The notes under the pieces were generated by a model. The model did no database searches, had not been told where the DNA came from, and worked only from the letters and a program-made list of their open reading frames with translations. From Candidatus Moraniibacteriota bacterium (lineage in GTDB: Bacteria > Patescibacteriota > Minisyncoccia > Moranbacterales > UBA2206): a DNA stretch of 64,000 nt. This document shows, one piece after another, positions 19,165 to 29,255 of the stretch. The position numbers were made by a program, and so were the translations under genes. The DNA lies in contig JAUSNP010000006.1 of NCBI GenBank assembly GCA_030645735.1, positions 4,095 through 68,094 on the forward strand. Direction: 5' to 3'. Each line of letters opens with the position of its first letter. Position 1 is the stretch's first letter.

Positions 19165-20475
19165 TTGTTGATATATTCTATGACAATGGATACTAACAAA
19201 AACCAACAAAAAGAATTCAGCAATATTTTCCCAATCACATCCTTGGTCTTACCTGACCATACTCTTTTTGAAATGCTTTATGATCAAGACAACCGGCAAA
19301 CAAATTTCATCAAATGGAAAGCTGGCGAAACCGAAGTAGCCCATTCATTCAAGCTGGAAGAAGATTGGAAGATCGTCCCGTATCGACCGGAAAACCCTTT
19401 GCTACACCAGCGGATTATTCTTTTTCCCACAGAAACCCAGGAGTATTCAGATGATGAAACCCTAATCCGGGAAATCCAATCTTTCATTCATCGCTATGTA
19501 GACGTTTCCGAGACTTTCGAACTCGTTGCTGTCTACTATGTCCTGTTGACGTGGATATATGACACATTCAATGAAATTCCATATTTGCGCGTGAGAGGTG
19601 ACTATGGCAGCGGCAAGACCCGCTTTCTGCAAACCGTTGGCAGTATTTGCTACAAGCCGATTTTTGCTTCTGGCGCTTCAACCGTGGCTCCACTTTTCCA
19701 TATTCTCGATCAGGTAGGCGGCACCCTTATTTTGGATGAGGGCGACTTTCGTTTTAGTGACGAACGAGCTGACATTGCTAAAATCCTCAACAATGGCAAT
19801 GCCAAAGGATTTCCGGTTCTAAGGTGTGAAAAAATCAACCAGCGCGAGTTTGCACCTCGTGCATACACCATCTATGGCCCTAAAATTGTGGCGTCCCGGC
19901 ATGACTATGATGATTTCGCACTGGAGAGCCGGTTTATCACTGAAGATGTCGGACTCGCTGGGGTGCGCGATGATATTCCAATTACTCTACCGATAATTTT
20001 CCAGCATGAAGCCCAGGAACTGAGAAACAAATTACTTTTGTGGCGGTTTCATAATTTCAGCCGGCAGCGCTTTCCGGAAGCCCATGTTGATCCAAAGATT
20101 GACAAAAGGATCAGTCAGATATTCGCCCCGCTTCTAAGTCTCGTTTCTGACCAGGACATTCGAGCCAAAATTGCGAGACTTGCAAGGGACAAAAGCGACG
20201 AGATTCGCAGTGACAGAGGATTTCAGAAGGAGGCCGATGTTCTTATGGCCATTCGAGCGTGTTTGAAAGATGAGCCGATGACAATCTCAGCCATCACCCA
20301 AACTTTCACAAAGCAGTCGGGATTCAATTATGAGCGGCAAATAACGCCGAAATGGATTGGATCAGTGATCCGCAAAAAGCTTCGGCTCCGCACTCGAAAA
20401 AAGAACGGGATTTACGTGTTGGGAGAGAATCAGAAAGAAAAGCTCAAACTCCTTTTCAAAAAATACAATCTCTAA
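19165..20475 (+). CDS. P-loop NTPase, replication/primase-helicase-type protein of the element
   Basis: Walker A GDYGSGKT, Walker B LILDEGD, C-terminal wHTH-like region; followed by iteron-like repeats. Confidence 0.7.
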   Translation: MLIYSMTMDTNKNQQKEFSNIFPITSLVLPDHTLFEMLYDQDNRQTNFIKWKAGETEVAHSFKLEEDWKIVPYRPENPLLHQRIILFPTETQEYSDDETLIREIQSFIHRYVDVSETFELVAVYYVLLTWIYDTFNEIPYLRVRGDYGSGKTRFLQTVGSICYKPIFASGASTVAPLFHILDQVGGTLILDEGDFRFSDERADIAKILNNGNAKGFPVLRCEKINQREFAPRAYTIYGPKIVASRHDYDDFALESRFITEDVGLAGVRDDIPITLPIIFQHEAQELRNKLLLWRFHNFSRQRFPEAHVDPKIDKRISQIFAPLLSLVSDQDIRAKIARLARDKSDEIRSDRGFQKEADVLMAIRACLKDEPMTISAITQTFTKQSGFNYERQITPKWIGSVIRKKLRLRTRKKNGIYVLGENQKEKLKLLFKKYNL

Positions 20476-20477
20476 AC

Positions 20478-20501
20478 AGGACTTAGGGACTTCAGGGACT
20501 T
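20478..20501 (+). repeat. Iteron-like repeat (agggactt-type units x3), left inverted arm
   Basis: aggacttagggacttcagggactt; 23/24 match to the reverse complement of 22608-22631. Confidence 0.85.
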
Positions 20502-20564
20502 TGTCCGATGGCCAGCGAGATATATGTCCACAAACTTCCGCGTGACAGGTTGTGATTTTAATGA

Positions 20565-21197
20565 CTATAGAGGCACAAACACGGGCGGGAAAACCCTTCT
20601 TGCAATGAAAACTCCGACTATTCCTACTCCGGGAAATCTCTCAAGGAGCAAGGATTTCATGGCTTTAAAGTGCGCACCAGTAGTTAGCACATCATCGAAT
20701 ATAGCTATGCTTGACGGGATTGGATTCGTCAGGGCCTCGTTTATAGAATATCTCATGCGTATTTCATTTGGAGATGGACGGTCATTTGTATCGTGACTGG
20801 CAACAAAACTATTTTTCTGACACACAAGCTCTCTAATATCCAAGTGCTTTGCAGGGTCAATTTGTTGTAATATTTGCGTTATCCTAGCGTCATACGCGGG
20901 ATCAGCGGGGCTTTTTGATGGTGGAATTGGAACTAGAGTAGTTGTTTCTAGCCATGAACTTTTCAAACCACGTTTAATTATCTGGCCGCATTTTCTGATT
21001 GCTTCTTCTTTCCAATACCATTGGTTAGTTCCCCTATGTTCCGGAGATTTTTTTATATTTAATATCAATGAATTGGTATCACTATATTTAAACCCGCCAC
21101 CACTGGTATAATCACCATGGTAAACACAGATATCACCAGGTTCAAGATAATAATGATCCGGAAATGTAAATTCATCAATGAGCGTAAACAAAGTCAT
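20565..21197 (-). CDS. Phosphoribosyltransferase-domain protein (ShosT-like toxin)
   Basis: LVPIPPSK and PRPP-binding loop IFDDVLTTGAHF; overlaps the DprA gene. Confidence 0.8.
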   Translation of the reverse strand: MTLFTLIDEFTFPDHYYLEPGDICVYHGDYTSGGGFKYSDTNSLILNIKKSPEHRGTNQWYWKEEAIRKCGQIIKRGLKSSWLETTTLVPIPPSKSPADPAYDARITQILQQIDPAKHLDIRELVCQKNSFVASHDTNDRPSPNEIRMRYSINEALTNPIPSSIAIFDDVLTTGAHFKAMKSLLLERFPGVGIVGVFIARRVFPPVFVPL

Positions 21198-22098
21198 TTT
21201 TCAAATGTTTCTTTATGTCTTCATAATCAACTACTCTAATTGCGCCGAGCTTTTCAAATCTCGCGGGCCAAGTAATGTCTGAACGCTTGAAGCAGCTATC
21301 AAGAATGAAAAGCTTTCGCTTTTGATATAATGCCGCTTGGGCCTGTATTAGTGTCCCAGATGTATCGCTTGCTTCAACAATAATGGTAGCTTTAGTAAGA
21401 GCAGACATAGTCTTGTTTCTTTCCGGAAAAAACAACCGATTATGCGTATATATTTGCTGAGAATAACGAAACACTGGCACTTGGCTGATAAGTAAATACT
21501 TTGAAGAAATTAATTTTTGTAAATCGTAATTTTCTTTTGGGTATACCTCAGATATAGGCGTCCCAATAACAGCAATAGTCAAGCCTCCTTCCTCAATCGC
21601 TGTTCTGTGTGCTGTTGTATCAATCCCTTGGGCTAACCCTGAAACTATCGTAAAGTTGTCTTTTACAAGATGTTTAACAAGTTTCACGGTTCTCTTGATA
21701 CCAGCTTCAGATGGTTTTCTACTTCCGACGATTGCAACAGAAGGGGTTTCAACGAGATTCCACCATCCTTGGTAGTAAAGCAGTTCAACAGGATGCATAG
21801 CTTGGCGAAGTTTTTCTGGGTATTCACCTGCATGGTGAATCCGAACACCAAAAGATTTAATATTGGCAGAATTGAGCATTTCGAAGACTTTCTGCCCCAT
21901 ATCCTCGGCCTCAGAGCGCTCGACAAAATCTGATGGCAACGAATTGGGATGCTCCCTGAAAATATCCGCAATCTTTTTAAATGTCGCCCCTTGCTTTGCC
22001 CATAAAACTTCATAGGCACCAAGCTCTAATTTAGGAGAGACGACCATTGAAATCAGGGCATCGTTAGTCCCAGTTTTTAGTAAATCTAGTTGCTGCAT
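21175..22098 (-). CDS. DprA/Smf-like protein (ShosA-like antitoxin)
   Basis: VAIVGSRK, IVSGLAQGIDTTAH, FFPERNKTMSAL, IVEASDTSGTL. Confidence 0.88.
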   Translation of the reverse strand: MQQLDLLKTGTNDALISMVVSPKLELGAYEVLWAKQGATFKKIADIFREHPNSLPSDFVERSEAEDMGQKVFEMLNSANIKSFGVRIHHAGEYPEKLRQAMHPVELLYYQGWWNLVETPSVAIVGSRKPSEAGIKRTVKLVKHLVKDNFTIVSGLAQGIDTTAHRTAIEEGGLTIAVIGTPISEVYPKENYDLQKLISSKYLLISQVPVFRYSQQIYTHNRLFFPERNKTMSALTKATIIVEASDTSGTLIQAQAALYQKRKLFILDSCFKRSDITWPARFEKLGAIRVVDYEDIKKHLKNDFVYAH

Positions 22099-22236
22099 AC
22101 GTAGAACCCTAAAGCTTAAGAGGCGAACCGAATAGATTTATAGATAACGATGGACTTTAACATTTTTGGGTTGGATCGCAAGAGCATTGTAGCTAGACGA
22201 AGTTCACATTATTTCTACAAGATGCGATTATCGAAA

Positions 22237-22488
22237 CTACCGATCTTTGCTTGACTGCGACAAAACAGACGCAGCTAAAGTTTTGGTGTCATCACTATAT
22301 TTATCACTTTGCAGAACTTTTGAGGCCTTGGTTTCGAGTTCCGCCCCTGTTTGCTTGCAAGTGTTCGTCTGAGAAATAACTGATGCTGCAAGGCTTTTCG
22401 CAATCTGCGATGCCTTGGAATCTGTCAAAGTGTTAGCGGCAAGTTTAGCGACTTTGGAAGATGATTGCTTCGTATTTTTGTTCATCAC
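22237..22488 (-). CDS. Small hypothetical protein with a duplicated K(S/T)LAASV(I/L)SQ motif
   Basis: Internal two-fold repeat; SD ggagg. Confidence 0.7.
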   Translation of the reverse strand: MMNKNTKQSSSKVAKLAANTLTDSKASQIAKSLAASVISQTNTCKQTGAELETKASKVLQSDKYSDDTKTLAASVLSQSSKDR

Positions 22489-22607
22489 GAATAACCTCCA
22501 TAATTTTGTTAAGCGGGAAAAAGAAACTTATTTTTTGTATACCCGTTCCGCGCAAAAAATCAATGCTGTTGCTAGATTGACTAATATTCAACACCTTTAC
22601 GTCTTTC

Positions 22608-22631
22608 AAGTCCCTAAAGTCCCTAAGTCCT
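22608..22631 (-). repeat. Iteron-like repeat, right inverted arm
   Basis: aagtccctaaagtccctaagtcct. Confidence 0.85.
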
Positions 22632-22747
22632 TATTTTCCCATAAAAGTTTGCCGATTTGACAAAAACACCAGTCTTTGCCCTGATATCATTCGGGTATAT
22701 TCTGGACTCAGGGTGGCCACCCTATTTAATTCATTAATATTACGGCT

Positions 22748-23086
22748 ATGTCATCTCCAAAGCTGGGAAGCTATTTGCGCACCTACCGGATCAAGTCCGG
22801 CCTTACGCAAAAAGATGTAGCTGCGCTCCTAGGCCTGGAAACTGGTAGCACAATTTCCAGAACCGAGAAGGGCAACGGCACTCCTTCCGTCAAAGTAATT
22901 TTGGGATATTGTGTGCTTTTCGAAGCACACCCCCAAGAGCTGGTGCCGGGGATTATCCTCGACATTGAAAACACAATCCATGCCGGTGCGCATACCTTAG
23001 AGGGACAGCTCAAGAAACGCCAGAAAACACCTATGGTGCTGGTGCGTCTCAGGTTTCTCGAAAAGCTATCCCAACTCATGGGATGA
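22748..23086 (+). CDS. XRE-family HTH regulator
   Basis: LRTYRIKSGLTQKDVAALLG...ISRTEKG. Confidence 0.88.
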   Translation: MSSPKLGSYLRTYRIKSGLTQKDVAALLGLETGSTISRTEKGNGTPSVKVILGYCVLFEAHPQELVPGIILDIENTIHAGAHTLEGQLKKRQKTPMVLVRLRFLEKLSQLMG

Positions 23087-23104
23087 CCGTATGCCACCAG
23101 AAGT

Positions 23105-23614
23105 ATGAATAATTCACATGAGGTGGAGGTTCACAAGTTAGCCCTTGCCATCGATCCTACCTCACGGGGTTTTGGTTATGCTCTTTTTGAAGGTCCGCAA
23201 ACTCCCCTTGATTGGGGAACCACTGAAATTCGCTCCGATCAGAATCAGAAATCCCTGGAGCGTATCACAAAGCTAATCCGATTCTATCATCCCGAAGTTT
23301 TGATTCTGGAAGACTGCTCAAAAGCGCAAGGCCGCCGCTGCGAAAGAACCAAAATTCTCCTCGATCAAATCGCCGAATATGCCCAGAGCCAAAAAATTCC
23401 GCTTGTGAAGTATTCGTCTGACCGGGTCAGGGAAGTCTTCTCCTTCTTCGACGTTAATAACAAGCAACAAATCGCACAAAGAATTTGCGAGTGGCTGCCC
23501 GAATTGGCACCCCGCATTCCGCCCGAAAGAAAACCTTGGATGAGCGAAGATCGGCGCATGGGCATCTTCGATGCCGTAGCCCTGATTCTCACCTACTATT
23601 ACCTCGAAGAATAA
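23105..23614 (+). CDS. RuvC/RNase H-fold putative nuclease
   Basis: LAIDPTSRGFGYA, LILED, FDAVAL acidic motifs. Confidence 0.75.
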   Translation: MNNSHEVEVHKLALAIDPTSRGFGYALFEGPQTPLDWGTTEIRSDQNQKSLERITKLIRFYHPEVLILEDCSKAQGRRCERTKILLDQIAEYAQSQKIPLVKYSSDRVREVFSFFDVNNKQQIAQRICEWLPELAPRIPPERKPWMSEDRRMGIFDAVALILTYYYLEE

Positions 23615-23626
23615 GGAGAAACGACC

Positions 23627-24115
23627 ATGAGAAAGATTTCAACAAGAGAGCGCAGGTTTGTATTTGAGCAACCAGTCAGCGAGGATGAGATTTTGAGCCT
23701 GGCCAGAGAAATCACGACATCTCGATTGATTCGTGCCGGACCTCATATTTCATCATCTCAGTTGGCCAAGGACTTCTTGAGCCAACTGATCGGCAACAAC
23801 GACCGCGAAGTGTATGCGGTAATCTACCTAAATTTACGCCGCCGAATCATTGCTTACGAAGAGTTGTTTCGCGGCACAATCAACGGCACCACCGTATATC
23901 CAAGAGAAATTGTCATCCGAGTTCTTTTCCACAACGCTGTCGCTGTAATCCTAGCCCACAATCACCCCAGCGGTGATCCTGCCCCCAGTTCTGAAGACCA
24001 TCTTATCACCAAGCACGTGAAAGAGGCGCTGGCCTTGGTACAAGCCCGCCTTCTCGATCACTTGATCCTGGCGGGCTCAGCCTGGACCAGTTTCGCGGAT
24101 AGTGGGCTTCTTTAG
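23627..24115 (+). CDS. RadC-like JAB domain protein
   Basis: VYPREIV, AHNHPSGDPAPSSED, LLDHLI. Confidence 0.92.
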   Translation: MRKISTRERRFVFEQPVSEDEILSLAREITTSRLIRAGPHISSSQLAKDFLSQLIGNNDREVYAVIYLNLRRRIIAYEELFRGTINGTTVYPREIVIRVLFHNAVAVILAHNHPSGDPAPSSEDHLITKHVKEALALVQARLLDHLILAGSAWTSFADSGLL

Positions 24116-24219
24116 TCACATCTTTCCCGAGCAGCTTTCATCCTGTCTGCCCCCGCCATTTGTGGTGGCAACTGGCCTTCCTTGCCCATATTCCAACCCA
24201 AACTCAGAAGGAGAAAACT

Positions 24220-24585
24220 ATGGAATCGACTGCACACGCCCAAGCACCAAGCATCACCGAACGAAAGAGTAGAATTGCATTTTTAAACGACCAATTACGA
24301 AAAACTGGTCTTGGCGGAAAATTTGTTATTACCGGCGGAGTGGCAAGTCTGGGGGATGAAAAGTTAGCTGGCGTTGTAAACGCCATGCGAGAATATGACA
24401 CCTGGAGCGAGGACAACGATCCTCATGGTGAGCATGATTTCGGCATGCTAACTCTCGCCAACTCCCAAAAAGTCTTTTTCAAAATAGACTACTATGACAC
24501 CCGCATGGAATTTGGCTCAGACGACCCGGCTGATCCAGAGAAAACAACACGGGTATTGACCTTGATGCTGGCAGAGGAATACTGA
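24220..24585 (+). CDS. DUF3768 family protein
   Basis: DNDPHGEHDFG, FFKIDYYD, TTRVLTLMLAEEY; SD aaggag at ATG 24220. Confidence 0.88.
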   Translation: MESTAHAQAPSITERKSRIAFLNDQLRKTGLGGKFVITGGVASLGDEKLAGVVNAMREYDTWSEDNDPHGEHDFGMLTLANSQKVFFKIDYYDTRMEFGSDDPADPEKTTRVLTLMLAEEY

Positions 24586-24586
24586 C

Positions 24587-24629
24587 TAATCGTCAAAAAA
24601 AGGGAACGTGACTACGTTCCCTTAATTTT
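24587..24629 (+). repeat. Terminator-containing direct repeat, copy 1
   Basis: taatcgtcaaaaaaagggaacgtgactacgttcccttaatttt; repeated at 32472-32512. Confidence 0.88.
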
Positions 24630-24642
24630 TTATTCTTGACCC

Positions 24643-25302
24643 TTATCTGACCTTTGGTTCATTCCAACCATAGACGCCACCTAAATGAAAAGTCACCTGC
24701 CCGCCCTGAGGATATTCCCAATAATCAATAATTCCAGCTTTAACCGAAAGCGGCTCCCCCAATAGATCACGGACCTGACCGTAATTCATGGCCTTGCGAA
24801 GAAGTCTCCATTGAGATAAATTTTTCCACTTGTCGGTAAATACAACGGGCGCACTCTGTGACGTTTCCAGCTGGTGTTCTAAAATATATACTCTTGCCTC
24901 AAGATCTTTAATCTTTTTGTCTACTGAAGAAGATCCACTTTCTTCGTTGGCTTGAATCTTACGAGTTTCTTCAACTGCTTTTATTTCAACCGGATTTTGC
25001 ACTTTTATTGCGGTGGTTGCCGTATCGGCAGGAAGTTCAGTGGCATCTGCAGCTATCGGCGCGACAGAACCTGTTATCCCTTTCCGTAAAAGAGGGTCAA
25101 CCGTTCCCGCCTCTCCAGTGTACGGGTTGATATTCCCTTTGGTGGAGTAATTGTTGGAAATGGTGCTGTCGGGAGCCGTGCGATAATGCGGCTGGACATA
25201 GGTGCCATCTTTACGAACATAGCCCTTAACCTGGACATCCCTGGCGAACACCGAAAGCGGGATTAACAACACCAAAAAGATTGCGATTAAAATTTTCATC
25301 AA
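24643..25302 (-). CDS. Secreted protein with a VKGYVRKDGTYVQPHYRT motif and a C-terminal SmpA/BamE-like domain
   Basis: Signal peptide; MNYGQVRDLLGEP...WEY. Confidence 0.7.
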   Translation of the reverse strand: MMKILIAIFLVLLIPLSVFARDVQVKGYVRKDGTYVQPHYRTAPDSTISNNYSTKGNINPYTGEAGTVDPLLRKGITGSVAPIAADATELPADTATTAIKVQNPVEIKAVEETRKIQANEESGSSSVDKKIKDLEARVYILEHQLETSQSAPVVFTDKWKNLSQWRLLRKAMNYGQVRDLLGEPLSVKAGIIDYWEYPQGGQVTFHLGGVYGWNEPKVR

Positions 25303-25565
25303 TCACAGCCGCAAGACGGACTCAACGTGCCATCACAACATAGGGCGCGGCCCTCGCTGCAACCACATACTCCACCATGCCAAGAACAACACCCTCTTCG
25401 CTCAAGCTCCTGGTCAATAAGCTGGCTGGAGACACAAACCTTTTCTTGGAGGGGTGCTGTCGTTTGATGGATCTGCTCGTTGTCGATGCTTGTTTCAGCT
25501 ATTGACGGTGAATAGTTTAAGCCACAAACAGCAAGCGCCAGACAGAGAATCGCAATCTTTTTCAT
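25299..25565 (-). CDS. Small secreted Cys-rich protein
   Basis: Signal peptide MKKIAILCLAL; RGCCSWHGGVCGC...CCDGTLSPSCGC. Confidence 0.75.
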   Translation of the reverse strand: MKKIAILCLALAVCGLNYSPSIAETSIDNEQIHQTTAPLQEKVCVSSQLIDQELERRGCCSWHGGVCGCSEGRALCCDGTLSPSCGCD

Positions 25566-25814
25566 TTCCTTTCCTCCTGTTTTGGGTCGGGGCTCATTAA
25601 CAGAAACCGCAAGCACTGTCAGTCCATTGTCTTACCCTTAATGATTAATTTATAGCACTTTATTTTAGCTTATTTGTCAACTTATACCCTTGAATTTCCA
25701 AGGTGAGCCTGCCCGCATTACCTATCAACGCACTTCATTACCCACCGCCCTTAAACCATGTCCTGAGATTCAAGTTTGCCTTCCAAAATTTCGGGCAGCT
25801 GGTTATAACTCACC

Positions 25815-26246
25815 ATGACTAACAAAAAGACCAAACATAAAGACATCGCCCGGATCGACCAAGAGTCTAAGCGTACTTACGGCTGGTATGTCCGAGTCCG
25901 CTACCTCGGCAAAACCCACAGCAAATTCTTTTCTGACAAGAAATGTGGCGGTAAAGATAATAGCCTGCTGACTGCCGTGGCCTGGCGCGATGCCACAGAG
26001 AAAGCGGTTGGTAAACCCCGGACCGACCGGCACATGGTCACCCAGACCCAGATCAGATCGAATACAGGTGAGGTCGGCGTCCGCCTCAACTCAAAGCATA
26101 ATCGTTACGAAGTCAGTTGGGTAGACAAGGACGGCAAGCAGGGTAAAACCTCAGTCTCGATTACTGCCCATGGGAAGTATGGGGCATTTAAGCTGGCATG
26201 TGCGAAAAGGGCGCAGAAAGAGGCGGAACGAATTGGTGTGGAGTAG
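25815..26246 (+). CDS. AP2-like DNA-binding domain protein
   Basis: IARIDQ..RTYGWYVRV...SKFFSDKK..G and SNTGEVGV...YEVSW tandem AP2-like motifs. Confidence 0.7.
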   Translation: MTNKKTKHKDIARIDQESKRTYGWYVRVRYLGKTHSKFFSDKKCGGKDNSLLTAVAWRDATEKAVGKPRTDRHMVTQTQIRSNTGEVGVRLNSKHNRYEVSWVDKDGKQGKTSVSITAHGKYGAFKLACAKRAQKEAERIGVE

Positions 26247-26311
26247 CCGCAAGGCAACCGCGTCCTCTTGCTCTCCCCATCAGGGATGAATTAAAAACCA
26301 CGGAGGTAGTT

Positions 26312-27262
26312 GTGAAAAAAATCATTTTGATAATTATTCAATTACTTGTCAGTGTGTCCATTGCCTTTGGGCAAGGTAACGGGAAGCTTCAAATCCATTT
26401 TATTGATGTTGGTCAAGGTGATGCGGCCCTTCTTATTTCACCGAAAGGTGAAACGGTATTGTTTGATAACGGGGTCGCCAAATTTTGCAACATGCCCGTG
26501 TCGTATTTGCAGCAATTAGGATTGGGTGAAATTGATTATCATATTGCCACGCATTACCACGACGACCATATCGGTTGCTCATCGGAAGTTCTAAGCGTGT
26601 TCCCATTAAAAAAACAAGCTTTTGACAGGGGATACACATACTCATCAGGTGTATACACAAAATACGAAAAAGCAGTCGGCGCTAAACGAAAGAAAGCAAC
26701 TCAAGGCGATAAAATTGTACTCGATTCCACATCTGAAACCCCCGTATACATCGAGTTTGTAGCGTTAAACGGCGGTGGGATAAATACTTCAAACGAGAAT
26801 GATTTGAGCCTAGTGTCGGTTGTCCATTATGGCAAGTTCGATGCTGTTATAGGTGGCGACCTAAGTGGGTTTGACGAGAATGATTATAAAGATATTGAAA
26901 GCACAGTGGCCAACAAAGTTGGACAAGTTGAGGTGTATAAAGTTCATCATCATTGTAGCAGCTACAGTACAAATGACACTTGGTTGTCAGTTGTAAAGCC
27001 TAAGGTCGGTATTATTTCGGCGTCAGGGACAATTGGAAGAAACCACAACCATCCGACTCAAAACTGTCTTGAAAGGCTTCATAAAGCAGGTGTGAAAACC
27101 TATTGGACCGAGATCGGTGGAGGTGCGACCCCTGAGCCTGCATGGGATGTCGTGGGTGGAAACATTGTTGTTGAAGCCGAGCCAAATAAAGATACTTTCA
27201 CAGTAGTTTATAATTGGTCTAACAAAGACACATATCCCTTGTGGGAGACGAAAGAACAATAG
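26312..27262 (+). CDS. Secreted ComEC/Rec2-like metallo-beta-lactamase-fold hydrolase
   Basis: FIDVGQGDA, THYHDDHIG, GGD, KVHHHCS, NHNHP; GTG start after SD ggagg. Confidence 0.88.
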   Translation: MKKIILIIIQLLVSVSIAFGQGNGKLQIHFIDVGQGDAALLISPKGETVLFDNGVAKFCNMPVSYLQQLGLGEIDYHIATHYHDDHIGCSSEVLSVFPLKKQAFDRGYTYSSGVYTKYEKAVGAKRKKATQGDKIVLDSTSETPVYIEFVALNGGGINTSNENDLSLVSVVHYGKFDAVIGGDLSGFDENDYKDIESTVANKVGQVEVYKVHHHCSSYSTNDTWLSVVKPKVGIISASGTIGRNHNHPTQNCLERLHKAGVKTYWTEIGGGATPEPAWDVVGGNIVVEAEPNKDTFTVVYNWSNKDTYPLWETKEQ

Positions 27263-27498
27263 CCTAGAAAACTTGGTGAAAGGTAGCTCTCCGCCATATG
27301 GTAAGAGGGTGCATGATAATTGTCAGTGATGTTGAAATTTCACGCGCTGATAAAATAATAGGCCCGGTCTCTTTATAGGGCCACCTGCAATCGCTTTCCA
27401 TTGCCCCTGTTTAGAAAAAGGCGAATGACACAATAGGGTTATAGGGTTAAGGTAGGTTAAGCGTGTCAAACGCCCCTGAGACATAATCTGATAGTTTT

Positions 27499-28068
27499 TT
27501 ACTGCCCTGTACCCTTCATGGTTTTATCCAAATCAACATCCCCTAAAGGCAAAGAGACAGAGCTTCCAGACTGATAAATAACCAACTTATCACCCTGGAC
27601 AATAGCAGAATCACAAGGCAACCAAGCGCCATTTTTCAAGTGTACCTTTTTTATGCTATTGCTATTTCCGCTGCCACTGACAATAGGATCAATGCTACTT
27701 CCAACTGAATTGTTAGATTTGTAAGCATTATTGTCCATAGAAGGCGGAGGTTTAACAGCTGGTGGAGTGCTCGGTGCCGGGGTGTACGTGCTATACCCAC
27801 CACCACTACCAGAATAATGACTTGAATGACTGGCATGGCTTCGATGACTTGAGTGGCTACGATGGCCAGCAAGCACCATATTGCCAGAATCATTAGCTCC
27901 TCCTTGCATAAGGAAAAGATCCGGTTTTTCAGATCTTCTCAGAGGCATTGTCGCAAGCATGCGAACAAATTCGGTTTGCATTGCCTGGCTTTTGCTGGAA
28001 TCAAGCCCGAGCATCGTCAGAGAGAACACAATCATAGCCCAAATTTTCAACATCACCCATCTAGCCAT
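27499..28068 (-). CDS. hxsA: His-Xaa-Ser repeat protein (HxsA-like putative radical SAM substrate)
   Basis: AG-HRS-HSS-HRS-HAS-HSS-HYS; immediately downstream of hxsDBC. Confidence 0.85.
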   Translation of the reverse strand: MARWVMLKIWAMIVFSLTMLGLDSSKSQAMQTEFVRMLATMPLRRSEKPDLFLMQGGANDSGNMVLAGHRSHSSHRSHASHSSHYSGSGGGYSTYTPAPSTPPAVKPPPSMDNNAYKSNNSVGSSIDPIVSGSGNSNSIKKVHLKNGAWLPCDSAIVQGDKLVIYQSGSSVSLPLGDVDLDKTMKGTGQ

Positions 28069-28118
28069 TAGTATGCCCCTTTCCTGATGTTGTTGATAAC
28101 ATTATGACACCGGTTCTA

Positions 28119-29252
28119 TCAACTAAACGCAGAGATCGACTGACTTCTGTGTGCTTGAGCCGAGTGAAAAAATCCTCCGCATGCAGACTGCATCTTACAA
28201 CCTTCACATTCCTGGAAGTAGATATTTTTCCATTCAGAAATCGACTTCCGAGCGAAAGGCCAAAGTGATTTTGGCAGCGTACAAATCTGGTGGTTATAGA
28301 TAGACACATTCATGCCACGGCGATGCAAGGATTTCACAGATTTTTCAAGTTGCTTCGCATAATCAGCGGGATCAATCCAAACTTTGTCTATGTTTTCTGC
28401 CGCTAACCCGATTGGCTCTAGTCCCATCAAGGCAACGTGATCAACAAACGGGAATGTCCTGTATACGAATTCAGCCCACTTTTCCAATCGTGAATAATTG
28501 GATTGCATGATGACAGTTCTTAATTCGACGCAGATTCCAACCCTAGCCAGGTTATATAATCCCTCGACGGTTTCCCAAAAAGCCCCTCTCACACCGACGA
28601 TTTCATCATGGAGAGAATCAACATCTCCATACAGAGGCACACAGGCGAACAAGTTTCCTTCGGCTAACTCTGCAAGTTCTTTCGCTTTAACAAAATCTTT
28701 TAACAGCCGGGCATTCGTCAGAAGTTGAATCGAAGTGTTTGGAAGAAATTTCCGTGAAGCTGATACAACCTTAAGTAACCCTTCCCAGTTGAGGGTTGGC
28801 TCACCTCCGGTTATGCCCAGCACCTCAAGGTCTGGGTCTATAAGTGAGATAATTTTGGAAGAAAAATCGGCCAAATCCTCTTGGTCTGGTTGAGGCGGTT
28901 GCGGGCATGTAATGCAATGTGAATTACACCGATTGGTGACAAGCACCGCATTGGAACGAGATTTCTTTTCGTATAATACAGTGCCCCCTTCATTGGGTGT
29001 CAGGAGAATGACATCGCCCTTTTCCACAACATAGTTTTCACCTAAAAGCTTAAAAACCGGTGAGTCACAATTTTCAAACACTGGAGAAGAGCTGTTTAAT
29101 AATAGGCCAGTTCGTTGTGACCTGCTCTGGGGGTCATTAAATATGAAAATATGAGAATCTGGCTCTGTGGCATGAGGAGAAACAGCTCCTGAGATAATTT
29201 TACCTATCAGGCTATAGGAAAAGTTGACTGCAACTCCTGTAAAGGTTCTCAT
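28119..29252 (-). CDS. hxsC: His-Xaa-Ser system radical SAM maturase HxsC
   Basis: CNSHCITCPQPP, GITGGEPT, SISEWKNIY..ECEGC....CGGFF. Confidence 0.92.
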   Translation of the reverse strand: MRTFTGVAVNFSYSLIGKIISGAVSPHATEPDSHIFIFNDPQSRSQRTGLLLNSSSPVFENCDSPVFKLLGENYVVEKGDVILLTPNEGGTVLYEKKSRSNAVLVTNRCNSHCITCPQPPQPDQEDLADFSSKIISLIDPDLEVLGITGGEPTLNWEGLLKVVSASRKFLPNTSIQLLTNARLLKDFVKAKELAELAEGNLFACVPLYGDVDSLHDEIVGVRGAFWETVEGLYNLARVGICVELRTVIMQSNYSRLEKWAEFVYRTFPFVDHVALMGLEPIGLAAENIDKVWIDPADYAKQLEKSVKSLHRRGMNVSIYNHQICTLPKSLWPFARKSISEWKNIYFQECEGCKMQSACGGFFHSAQAHRSQSISAFS

Positions 29253-29255
29253 GGT

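Noticed and set aside
21175-22098. Housekeeping competence dprA-comF locus
   Set aside because: Lies inside a mobile element, lacks the usual DprA accessory domains, and the PRTase lacks the ComF Zn finger; a defence pair fits better.
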